Source of the DNA: Amoebophrya sp. A120
Taxonomy: Eukaryota; Protista; Dinoflagellata
Reading direction: 5' to 3'
Length of the DNA stretch: 64,000 nt
NCBI GenBank assembly: GCA_905178155.1
Contig: CAJINV010000003.1
Span: 3,317,600 to 3,381,599, forward strand
Shown here: piece by piece, positions 22,670 to 33,400 of the stretch
How positions within the stretch are numbered: the first letter of the stretch is position 1
How the letters are laid out: the number at the start of each line of letters is the position of its first letter
Made by a program: the position numbers and the translations under genes
Notes under the pieces: model-generated
Databases searched by the model: none
What the model was told of the DNA's origin: nothing
What the model saw: only the letters and a program-made list of their open reading frames with translations

Positions 22670-25600
22670 TCAGTCGCTGTCTATCGGGGGGTGCTTTAAC
22701 CTTATCGCATCATCCTCAGATGATGAACAAAAGTCCATGGGAATGTCGCTATCGTTTTCAGGAATGGGATCGAGGGCCGAACCAGGGCCGCGGATGTCAA
22801 ATAGCGCCCCTGACTGCTGGACGCGCGTCGGCTTTCTGTCCTCGTCAAGGCCGGGATTGGCAACGATCGGCGTTTCTGATGTTGCTGCTTCTTGTCCGAA
22901 AGCGGCCACCACATTGCAGCTGTGCCCCGTCTCTACTTCTTCGTTTTCGTCGGTGATTATCCCTGTCGTGTCGCTCGTGTCGCGCGGTACAGCGGGGCCA
23001 CATTCGATGCGAAATATGTTCGGGTCATCTAGCATCGAAGTGGATGTAGTTGAGTTTAGCATTAGCGCGCCGCTCGGGAGGTCTTCGATTGCAACGCCGG
23101 CTTTCTTTGCCTTTTGCGCCGCCTGGACGCTGCCAGCCTTTTGTTTTCCCTTCTTCGCTTGTTCTAATCCCGCTCCGTGCTCGCTCTGCGCGCCGCCCCT
23201 TCCAAGAAACTCGTGGCGAAACATGACACGCATCTGGGTAGGAGGTACTACTGAAGAGCTACAGCTGCTTCCACTGGGGCCGACTCCGCTTGCCGGAATA
23301 CTTTTTGCCTTTTGTTTCGGTGCCGCAGAGGCCTTGTTCGATTTATTGAAGTTCGTGTTCGGCTTATTCACCGGCTCCGGCTTTTCGGATTGTTTGGACC
23401 GCAGCCACAAGGAAGAGTTGTTACGCCATCCCCCGAGCCCCGGGTGACCGGTGTGTCCGAAGTAGCGCGTACATCCGTGATCAAGGTACAGCTGCGCCAT
23501 CGCGTCGGAGAGGCGCGGGCCGATTCCAAGACCCTGAAACTCGGGCAATATTACCATGCGCGTCTCCCGACAGCACGCCTTGTTGAGACCCCTCCCGCAC
23601 TGCACCGATGCGCCGTAGAAGGCAACGCTCTGGTTGGATGTAGCGTCTCGAACCAGAAAGCTCTGCATTCCCTTCGGGAGACCAGGACGTAGGTAATGGT
23701 GCTTCTCAAAGTGATCTTTCCAAATCTTCTCTACTTTGTCAAATTCTGTCGGAAGCGGCTTGACGACGAAGCTTAGCTTCGGCGCGGCAAACAGCCGCAC
23801 TTGTTCCGGGTCGTGTATGTGTGAAGTTTCTACCTCACCAGACTCATGTCGTGCTTTATTTCCATCGCGAGCGTCACCAGCGAGATCTCCGTTGAGAGTT
23901 ACGTTTACCCCGTCCTCCGGGACTTGTTTGGCCCCAAAGCTAAGTTTTCTGGATTTGCGCGGAGGAGATTGGTGTCCATGATCTTGAGCCACTGGCTTTA
24001 TGATTTCAACGTCTTCATCGGAATTACCAGGCCCAGGGCGCTTCTTGGCGTTGTGCTTTACAACTGCTTTTGCACTTGCGAGATTCTCCCCCGCAAAGAA
24101 TGGATCCTGCAGCACTTCGAAGTCCTTCTCGCGCTTTGCGCGAGATAAATCGGACCGAATAGTTGATGGCGCTTTCTTTTGGCTGCTGCAATAAAAGTCA
24201 AGAGACCTTTGGGTGCCACCTCCGGTCACTTCGCGCACCTTCTGTGCGCTCTTAGTTCTTGCGACTTGTATTTTGTTTGTAGATTTCTTTTCCGAGAAGG
24301 CCCTTGCACTCGCTTCGGCTAGCACAGGATTCTTCCTCTGCGAGTCCGCGCTGGGAACCGAAACGCACCCGCTGTTCGTATGCAGAGCAAAACTGGGCCT
24401 CAGCCAATCGACCACGTCTTCGTGCACACCCACAACCAGCAGGCGCAGTTTACCAAAAAATCCCCCACGAAACCACTGCGCGAGTTGTTTGCAAACATGT
24501 TCTGCGCGGGTCCGACTCAGCAGAGAGGTAAACTCGTCGATCACGAGTAGTGGGGTCGGTTCTCCGTCGCACGCGGGCGTTTCGTCCACTTCTTGCGTCC
24601 GCGGACAGTCACGAACGTGCTGAAAGAGGCACTTGGCCAAACGGATGCACTCGCGATCGGCTGTAGACAAGGACCTTGACGCTACGCTAGACTGCAGTAC
24701 GCGGTCGGAGAGACCCAGAACGGACTGAAGAAACTGTCGCTGGTTCTCCGTGAACCCCCCGTCATCGGTAGGAAAGAAGTCACGGACAAGTTGCCCTCGT
24801 GCTGGGCGGCGGTCCTGTTCAACTTCAGACACTTTATCGTCTTGCAGCTGTTCGCTAGAAGCCGCAGGAGAGATTTTTGCACTGGAAGAAGTGCGCGGAG
24901 AAATAACGGCTGCGCTTTCCTCGACCACCCCCCACACCGCGGCTACGCTCTTCTTTGTGCTCGTTTGGTTTTTGGGATTCTGAAGGTCCTTCAAAAGCTG
25001 GGTGACTGCCGTGGTCTTCCCGGACCCGCTCGGCCCAACAATTGCTGCGATGTCCTTCCACTTGGTCGTCGGTTCCAGCAGCTCGTGACTCACATTGAGG
25101 TACTTCAAGCTCGTGCTGGTTTCACCGTCAAAAGTCAGTTCAAACGCGGACGCAGCTGCGGCCGTAGCGCTGTCCGTGAGCACTTTGTGCTGCAAAGTGG
25201 CGTCTCTGACAGTCGGTTTCCAAAAAACGTCCTTGTAGAACTGCCGACCGTGCGGCTGCATTTTGCCGGCTTTGCGCAAATCTTCTGCGTGGTCAGTCTC
25301 GACTGCGTCCCATCCACCAGGCCCGGTCGCGATCATTCGCTTCATACAGGCTACATCAAACCTGTACTGGGGCTTCTGAATGCTGGAAAAATGTGGATCG
25401 TGTCTGCGAATCACCCGGGCAGCTGCACACGTTATTGTAGCGTCGCCGTCGCTGATCTTCATGGGACTACACAACGGGGTCGCAACTACTTCCACACAGA
25501 AGTCTGGCTGTAGGTACTGTGCGCAACTTTTTCTATCGCAACAAACGACGACGCGCCTCACCTGCAACATAGTAGCCAGCTTCCGTAACCCCGCCGCCAT

Positions 25601-26368
25601 GGCTTTTGCCGTCTGCTCGTCCACGGTTGCCGCAAAACTGGGGATGATGCAGCTGCTGCACAAGCGAGCGGCAAGCTGTGCCCGGCTACGTTCCCCATTG
25701 GACAGGCAGGAAAAGGGCCGCAGCCAGGAGGGAATTCGATTCAAGCCGACAGAAGCGAGCCGCTTTATTGCCTCTGCGTCCTCCGGCTTGGTGTTGGTCG
25801 CGATTCCGCTTGGTGGAGTTTCTTTCTTCTCGACCTTCGGTGGTCGCCCCCGCTTCATCGGCTGCTTCTTTCGCGCCCCGGCAGCTAACAGTGTTTCCGC
25901 ATCAGCAGCTGCGTCGAGAATCTCGGATACGGAATCCTCAAAGTTACTGCTCGCCTCCGCCATGCCGCTCACCTCGTGGACAACAACACTCGCCTCGGGC
26001 CTATGATCAGACGGACGAGGGGGCTTTTCCCTTCGGATTTTGTCGGCCAAGAGAGAAACGATCGCACGCGGGCCGTCAACGTCATTCTCATCGGTGAAGA
26101 AGTCGCTGCTGTTCAGATCCAAAACTTTGAAGGTGGGAAACTGCCACACCGCAAAGGACTTTGCGCCCTCGCCAAAGACGAATGCGAGGTCGAACTCGTC
26201 TGGCGGATCGCCTTCCAAGAGCCGAAACTCGGGCGCTGGAGGAACCTCCTGCGTCATTATTTTCATCTCCTCGCGGCCTTCCTTCGTCGTCGCCATGATA
26301 CGGGCGCTACGAAAGCCGAGACCGTCATTTGTTTTTTTTCGATCGTGGTCGTGCACAATGAATCCCAC
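22670..26368 (-). CDS. Intronless tandem ABC-ATPase + GNAT acetyltransferase fusion (phage/bacterial-type, Mom-like GNAT)
   Basis: 1232-aa ORF. NBD1: IPSWLRPFSCLSNGERSRAQLA ... YLQPDF. NBD2: GPSGSGKTT, LLVIDEFTSLLSR, VVGVHEDVVDWLRPS. GNAT: WKDHFEKHHYL, RETRMVILPEFQGLGIG, YFGHTGHPGLGGWRNNSSLW. Confidence 0.8.
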   Translation of the reverse strand: MGFIVHDHDRKKTNDGLGFRSARIMATTKEGREEMKIMTQEVPPAPEFRLLEGDPPDEFDLAFVFGEGAKSFAVWQFPTFKVLDLNSSDFFTDENDVDGPRAIVSLLADKIRREKPPRPSDHRPEASVVVHEVSGMAEASSNFEDSVSEILDAAADAETLLAAGARKKQPMKRGRPPKVEKKETPPSGIATNTKPEDAEAIKRLASVGLNRIPSWLRPFSCLSNGERSRAQLAARLCSSCIIPSFAATVDEQTAKAMAAGLRKLATMLQVRRVVVCCDRKSCAQYLQPDFCVEVVATPLCSPMKISDGDATITCAAARVIRRHDPHFSSIQKPQYRFDVACMKRMIATGPGGWDAVETDHAEDLRKAGKMQPHGRQFYKDVFWKPTVRDATLQHKVLTDSATAAAASAFELTFDGETSTSLKYLNVSHELLEPTTKWKDIAAIVGPSGSGKTTAVTQLLKDLQNPKNQTSTKKSVAAVWGVVEESAAVISPRTSSSAKISPAASSEQLQDDKVSEVEQDRRPARGQLVRDFFPTDDGGFTENQRQFLQSVLGLSDRVLQSSVASRSLSTADRECIRLAKCLFQHVRDCPRTQEVDETPACDGEPTPLLVIDEFTSLLSRTRAEHVCKQLAQWFRGGFFGKLRLLVVGVHEDVVDWLRPSFALHTNSGCVSVPSADSQRKNPVLAEASARAFSEKKSTNKIQVARTKSAQKVREVTGGGTQRSLDFYCSSQKKAPSTIRSDLSRAKREKDFEVLQDPFFAGENLASAKAVVKHNAKKRPGPGNSDEDVEIIKPVAQDHGHQSPPRKSRKLSFGAKQVPEDGVNVTLNGDLAGDARDGNKARHESGEVETSHIHDPEQVRLFAAPKLSFVVKPLPTEFDKVEKIWKDHFEKHHYLRPGLPKGMQSFLVRDATSNQSVAFYGASVQCGRGLNKACCRETRMVILPEFQGLGIGPRLSDAMAQLYLDHGCTRYFGHTGHPGLGGWRNNSSLWLRSKQSEKPEPVNKPNTNFNKSNKASAAPKQKAKSIPASGVGPSGSSCSSSVVPPTQMRVMFRHEFLGRGGAQSEHGAGLEQAKKGKQKAGSVQAAQKAKKAGVAIEDLPSGALMLNSTTSTSMLDDPNIFRIECGPAVPRDTSDTTGIITDENEEVETGHSCNVVAAFGQEAATSETPIVANPGLDEDRKPTRVQQSGALFDIRGPGSALDPIPENDSDIPMDFCSSSEDDAIRLKHPPIDSD

Positions 26369-26960
26369 AGGGATCGTAGGAGCTGAGCACTTATTTTCCC
26401 ATCTCGACGAGATTTAATACATAGAGAAGCGAAAAAAGAGGTCAACTAGTCGTGTGGTTCATTGTGACGTCAAATACGAGAAGAAATCATTTGGAGCTTA
26501 ATTTCTAAAAATTCCGAAGCTGTTGAAACTGCTCCTGCGCAAAAGGAAAAACCCGGATCACGAAAATAAAACGCCCAACAAGCATCAGATCCCAATCAAG
26601 CAAGGACCACTCGATTCAAACAATAGAATTTTCCCACCACATATTTCGATGCGCACCTTCACGAAGATCACGATTGAGATCACATTTGGATCTTCTTGTA
26701 CTTGATTACCATCGTGTTAAAGATGAATTTTCATCCGAAGGTGACAATTGGTAATACTTTTTCCGCCGGACGACATGCCGTTCAAGTTCGTTTGTCCTGA
26801 ACAGGTACTACTGCTGAGTTACACCGCAACTAGATTCATCCCAGAGCAGCTGAAACTCGGCTCGCGGTTATGTGTTCCCTTTGTCACGACCACGTAAAAA
26901 AGGGCTGAAATAAAATTTAGTCGCCTTCATCATTTATTTCGTCTAACATCATTATCATTT

Positions 26961-29537
26961 TCATTTCGCTGCGCCTGCGGGGAGGTATTTGTCGAGTTTG
27001 CTCTTTAGTGCCTGTGCGATTTCTTTTTCTCTCGGGCCGTCGAGCTGACAGTCGCGCCAGTCCGACCGGTCCATGCAGTCCAGGCCCGTGCAGATGACGT
27101 CGCGCGCGAAGTTCATGGGTATGCGCCCCGGGCCGTAACACACGTAGCGATCGATCTTTTTCCCCTTTGCCGTGTTGTCCCCCGGCAGCTCCAGATAGAG
27201 GTAGGTCATCTGTAGGAGGCTCTGCAAGTTCCTCTCCGGTTCGTTCGCGAAGAAGCGGTTGGCGTTCTGGCTCAACAACTTTGGCAGCGCGGTGCTGGGC
27301 GGCTTCGCGTCGCCGTAGGGGTCGACCACGTGAGTACTAGTGCCATCCTGGTCAGCACCTTCCGGCTGCCGCCCCGTTTCAGGGTCGATGATGACGCTGC
27401 CCAACCGCTCGAACTCGAGCCCGTTCTGTTCCGCGAAAAGGTCCAGCGTGCGGGACCAGTTGACGTACCGCGACCGCGGGATGGGCAGCAACTGCACTTG
27501 CATGTGCGCCATCTTGGTCGGGATCCACCGCTCCCAGACGACCATATCGCAGGGGTCGCGGTTGGTCCGCGGGTCCAGAAACATCTTGCGGATGGCGCTG
27601 ATGTATGCATTGCAAAAGCAAAAGTATCGCACTCGTATAAATGCATTACAAATTCTCTCAGCATGAGAAATAAAATTTGTAATGCAGATTTGCCTTGGGA
27701 ACAAGATTTGTAATGCGAGACTTGCATTTATACGAGTACGATGCTTTTGCACAGGATATGATGTAGGTCTCGATGGAGTCCCGCAGCTGCTCGTACTCGG
27801 TGAAGTTGAAAATGCTGAGGTAGTTGGGCATGTGCTTCACGGGGCAGAGAATCATGTTGCCCTCGTTGATCCCCCCCTTCGCGGTGGCCACGTACAGGTG
27901 CGGGTTCACGGCCACCAGCATGTGGCGCTGGAACTTCGGGTTGGCCAGGCAAAACCAGCAGTCCGCGTGCGGCTCCACGACGATTTTCTTCCCCACCTTT
28001 TTCTTTGCGAGGAGGACCTGCTCCTTCTTCTGCAGATCGTCGTGCTCGCGCTGCCGCTTGTAGCTGATCTTCACCGTGCGGCCCCCGGCCTCCAGCTCCA
28101 GCTCCAGGGCTTTTTCCGCCAGCTCCTTCGACACGACCGTGGCGAACCCAAAGCCCTTACACTCGCCGGTCCTCTCGTTCACCATCACCTTGAGCCGCAG
28201 CAAACTGCCGCCGCCAAGTGCGCGTTCCAAGGCGGAGCGAAGGTTCTGTTGTTAGGGTATTTAAGTATTTTCCTTATTTTCGAAGGAGGAAATTTGCAAG
28301 GCTCTGAGCCGATAAGATGCAAAAGAGTAGCTCGAATGAGTAGAAGATCAATTTTACTAAACATCCTTTATTTGACGACGTGATTGCCGCTGGCCTGCTA
28401 CTAGCTAGCAGCAATGATGGAAAACGAAAATGAAAATCAAGGAACATGAAGCTAAGATACGTTTTCTGACAAACCGGCGGTCAAATTGCTGAGGAACAAC
28501 TCCACCCCCTCGGGCTGGTCGTCCTCGTCTCGCCCTCGTTTTTGCCCCCCGTCGCCGCTGCTCACGTTGTGCTGCAGTCGCTGCAGTCCTTGCAAACTAT
28601 CGCCCGCGAGGTTCTGGAACGGGAACGGCGTCGTGTTGTCTGGCTTTGTTCGCAACTCGTCCGCGGTCATCGCCCGCAGGGGCCGCAACTGCAGGGCGTG
28701 CAGCCACTTTTTGTCCTTGCCCTTGGCCCCCACTTTGCCCAGCGCGATCAGTCTCGATACGTGCTGCGCCTTCAATGTTTGGAAGGGGGGGCGCTGGTAG
28801 AACGTGTTTCCCTTCGCGCAAACGACATAGCGCGGTGCCAGGGCGGCGACCAGGTCCGAGATCGCGGACGACTCGATGTCGCCTTCCCCGACGGGCTCGA
28901 CGTCCTGTAGGTTCGGCACTTGGTCGTACACCTTGTTCTGCCACCCCTTCGGCCACTCGGAACACAAAAGCACATCCACCCCGGTTTGCCCGAACTCGTC
29001 CGCGATTTTGCTCTGCCGCTTCAGCTGCTCGACGGCCAGGCGCGTGTAGCAGGCGCCGTGGAAGGGAACGCTCTCGTCCTCGTAGTACACCGCGTTGTAG
29101 CGACCACTGAGGTACGCGACCCGCAGGCCGCCCTGGATCGTCTTCACCCCGTGGGAGCCGAGAAACACGAGTCGCTTGGTCGCTTGCGGCAGGGAAGAGG
29201 ACGTCGAAGAGGAGCTGGAGGAGGCGGAAGTCCCGGTGGAGGAGGCTGCCGCACCGAACTCCTTGCCGGCGGCGAAGCCCTCGATGAACCGCTCGCTGTC
29301 CGAGTCCACGAAGTAGGTAGGGATGTTGGGCTGCTTCAACCCGAGGAGGTACTGCTGGTTCTCCTCGGTGATATCCTCGCCGAGAAAGGAGCCACAGGCA
29401 AGCAAAAGGTCGAAGTCGCCCACGCGGGCCTGCTGCTTCCCCACCGTGTCGAACAATGTCGTGAAGTTTGCGTTCGCGTCGCCGGCGAGAAGAACTCGCT
29501 TGGTCAGATCCTGGTCCTTCTTGCTTGAGTCTGCCAT
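26961..29537 (-). CDS. CWF19L1: CWF19-like protein 1 / Drn1 (pseudo-metallophosphoesterase + RRM + CwfJ C-terminal domains)
   Basis: VLLAGDANANF, FDLLLACGSFL, PTYFVD, GLRVAYLSG, VDVLLCSEWP, FYQRPPF. RRM: LFLSNL ... KGFGFATV. CwfJ: CWFCLANP, AKGG, PVKH, WER, HMQVQLLP, NFARDVI, DRSDWRDC. Exons 29537-28461 (GT-AG intron follows), 28245-27759 (introner follows), 27598-26961. Confidence 0.9.
27604..27758. mobile_element. Introner/MITE (155 bp) in CWF19L1
   Basis: TSD tgatg. Long TIR (tgcaaaagca...tcgcactcgtataaatgca / tgcatttatacgagtacgatgcttttgca). Removal gives IETYI-SAIRKMF. Confidence 0.92.
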
Positions 29538-30492
29538 TTTTCTTCACGACAAATATTCACTAGTTGTACACGCAAGAACGAAAAGTAGAACAAGGCTCGA
29601 CGTAGTTCCAAGCCCGATTGGGCTCAATTATGTTTATGTCGTGAAACAAAAATAACAATGTATGAATCCTGGCATTCACAATATGGATTCAATACTCTCT
29701 GGCAGTTGGAACTATCGCTGTGGCAATGTGAGGTAAGAAAGACATCAGGGTAAAGAAGATTTTGTGACAGTGACACCACATTGCTGCGTGACAGTGACGC
29801 TGCAGTGAGTAATATGGAACTTCTTACGTGAGGCGGTTTTGCAAAAGGGAAAAGGTGCGATCCTTTGCAAGCCTAAGCCATCGGGGTGATGGGTCGATCG
29901 TATTCGTAATCGTTCGAGTTCGAAAATAAACCAAGATCGTTCTGCGCCGCATGATGCGGCTGCCTCAGGTCAGATCTCCAGCGAGATCTTTGCCATTACG
30001 CCCACAATTTCCATTTGACGTCTGCGAATATTCCCCATTTGCAGCAGGTCATTGCTTGGGCATGATGGCAGAACAAAGAGCGGGGCCTCATTGCTGGACG
30101 GCACTGCAAATGAAATAGGTATTTGAATTCGGTCGAGTATTTCATCATCGCATTCCTGATATTAGAGATGATGAAGTCTTTGCATTTTATCAGACATCAG
30201 AAAAGTTGTAGTACGAAAGAATCAGTTGCGTTTTGCAGACAACAGATTGCAAATATCAACATTTGAGAAAAACTAGCGTCCTTTACATTTTTCAAACAAC
30301 AGAAAAGTATAGTGGTTTCAGCTTCATTTCCATTTGGTACACTTGCAAGATCTACTGCATCTCTTTCAAAATCTTTGATGCGTAAAATGCTTCTGCTCTT
30401 CATTTTTCACGTCTTCGCTAGATTTGATGAATTGGGCCGGGTTCATTAGCTACGGTCGCTACTGCTACCCGTTTCATCACGCCGTCTGTTGT

Positions 30493-33400
30493 TCAGACGA
30501 TGTGGATTTTGGATGCGAGTTGCTGCAGTTCCCATGCGGTCGGTCCAAGCACCTGTTCTCGTAGCAGTCCCCGCAACTGCTTGACGACCCAGCCATCCAG
30601 CGGAAACTGGTGTGTTCCCATCATTTCCGCGCTCAGCTTCGTGATTTCGAACCAGTCGAGCAGGTGGATTTTGCGGTCTTTGATACTAGTTCGCGACTCT
30701 CCACTGCCATCTTCCTTTTGCTGGTAGTCCAGCGCGTTACCGGCCAGCACAAACTCCCAGCTCGCTTCGACGCTCACGCCCGCGAAGTGTTTAAAGAGCG
30801 TCAGGTCGTCGCAGCGGGCTTGCAATTTGAAGGCCAGATGCGGTACGTACTGTGTGTCGATTTTCCGACTCCCGATGGACTGCTGCACGTCCGGGTCAAT
30901 GGCGTCTTCGAACTCGGCGCTATCGGCCGACGTCACGCTCGTAGTGTTCAGGGGATCTGCCTCGAGCAACGCAGTGCGTGCCCGCCGCACGCCCCTGGCC
31001 AGGCGGGTAGAACCAAAGAGAGTTTGTTCATCGTCCTCCGCCTGGAGCAGGTGGTCTCGGTTCTTCACCCCGGCAGCAGCAGTTGACATCATATTTTGCC
31101 CCGCCCCGGTCACCCCATGACCATAGTTGCGTCCGCCGGCGACGCCCGGCCGGGCGCCGCTCGCCTTGTCGCCGTATCCGTTGCCAAAAGCCAACACCAT
31201 CTCGTGTGCGTGCGTCCAGTAGCAGGCGAGATCTAGCTCTTTCAGCAGCAGATTGGTCACTTCTAAAAACCCGGCGACGAATATGACAGTGCACAACCTC
31301 CCCTCCCCCTCATTTGTAGTGCATGAACAGCAATCGAAACACCGGCACACGTGGAGCCAGTGCATGACAAGTTCACTCGCCGTCTGTAGTACTGCTTGGG
31401 CTTCCGGTATTTGTCATGCTTAACAGACTGCGCAACTCAAGCCCGGGGGGGGTGCGGGATTGTGGATTTTGCATGACAAATGAGGGGGAGGGGGAGTTGT
31501 GCACTGTCATAACGAACTGGGGAAAGCCGATCTCGATCGTCATCTTTCGGTTCGTCTTTTCTTTCTTTCCACTGGTTGCTGTGTCTACCTCTAGAACTTG
31601 CAGCTTCATGGGCGGAAGCTTCTCGCGGCAGTCCACGCCTAGAGTGCACTCGTTGCTTTGCAGGGGCCAGTCGCGCAGGTTCCAGGCTACCAGGTGTTCT
31701 TCTTCTACTTGTTCCACCTGTTGGAGATTCGCGTCGTTGTCAGCGACGTGTCTTCTATCCGCCTGGTAAGCGGACGTGAGATCGTCGTCAAAGTGCTCGC
31801 CCTCGTCATCTCCTTCGCTTGACGTTCCACCACGACCCGGTGCGGACATCTTCAAGAGGGCAGCAGCTGTCGTGGCGGCGCCACCGGCCGTTTTCAGCTC
31901 TTTCAGTTTCAAAGTTCTGGCCCGCTCGGCCTCGGCCAGCACGTTCTCGACGGCTTTCTGCTTGCGCTCGTACACCGTCTCGAGCTCGTTCAACGCCGTT
32001 TGCTTCGTCGGCAGCCAGTCGCGCAATTTCGCGCCCCACCGGAGCTCTTTGGTCTGCGGAATTTGTTGCAGGATTATGGAGTGCAGCCCGTTTTTCACAT
32101 TCTCCTTGTAGGCCCCGAGAATCTGTCTGCGGATGCTGGACACCGCGTTTACCACCGCGAGCGACCCGCGCAGGCCCACGTCAAACTCAGAACTGACCGC
32201 TACGTCCGGAAGATGTTGAGGACCACGGGTCGTGCTATGGCCGGAAGTTGCAGCTCCGTGGTGCAAAGCGCGTCCCCTGTGGTCCGCGCTGTGGTGACGC
32301 CTCTTTGCCTTCGAAGCGGTCAGTCCCGCGGTGCAGCAGCCGGATGTTGCACTGCCTCTAGTAGTCGTAGTACTGGGTCTATTCATCGCGGGCGGCAGGC
32401 CCCTGGCGAGGTCCCGTCGTTCTTGCTGTCGAGTGATTCGCTCATCGATGTCAATATCCTCGTCAGCGCCGTGATCTGCAAATTTAGAAATACCAGCCGC
32501 CCCAGCAGGCTTTATTTGCTCCTTCTTCGGGCCGACGACTTTGAGTTTCCAAAACAGATCCACAACGGCGGGCGGCAAACCGCCAACGAGGTTGCATTGG
32601 AGGCCGGCAAAAAGTTCCATCGAGAAGAATTCGTCGTAGTCTGCACTCGCTGCGTAACTGTTGAAGACCACGTTGCGCTGGTTTTTGAAGAAGCAGTCCG
32701 CTTCCCCGAGCGGGATCTTGAACTTGAGACGCACGTCGGAAGAGAGGTGGTCGACGAGCCGGGAGAACGCGTGGCCGAGGATGCGGGTGCGAAGCGGCAC
32801 CTTGTAGTCGTCGATGCCCAGCTGAAAGTGCATCTCCGGGTCGCATATGGATTGCAAAAGTGTCTGGGTCGGAAAGCTTCTAAACTTGTAATGCTGACGC
32901 TAAATTCTAAAAAAATTTGTATTGCATGACCAGCAAGAGGACTCCAGTTTGTGCTACGCGGAGAGGGCATTTCTCATGCGGTAGAGGAGTCACAAAGTCC
33001 TCTCAAAGTATGTGACGCTAGAGCATGCATCACAGACATCATGGGTCATTCAAAATATGCATGACAAACCTGGCAATCTTCCAGACCCAGACATTTTTGC
33101 AGTTGATATCGCACCACTTCAGCAAGACGCGCCCGTCGTGGCCGGCTGCGTACGGCGAGTCGCGGTCAATAATCTCCGGCGTCGCGGCGAGCAGCTCCGA
33201 CGCGTCGGCCTGCTGGTGGTATTTTTCGTGGTCGTGGCTGTTGCGGTACTTTTCGCGCTCCTCGCCCGTGAGCATCTGTGCCGTTTTGTGAAACGGGTAC
33301 GCGATCGCGCGGAAGGGAAACGCCAATACCTTCTTGAGAATTTTTCGCCTCCGCTATGACAGTGCACAACTCCCCCTCCCCCTTATTTGTATAGCATGAA

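Noticed and set aside
29700-30450. Possible small gene between CWF19L1 and the orphan gene
   Set aside because: Only short frames; no consistent exon chain or motif found.
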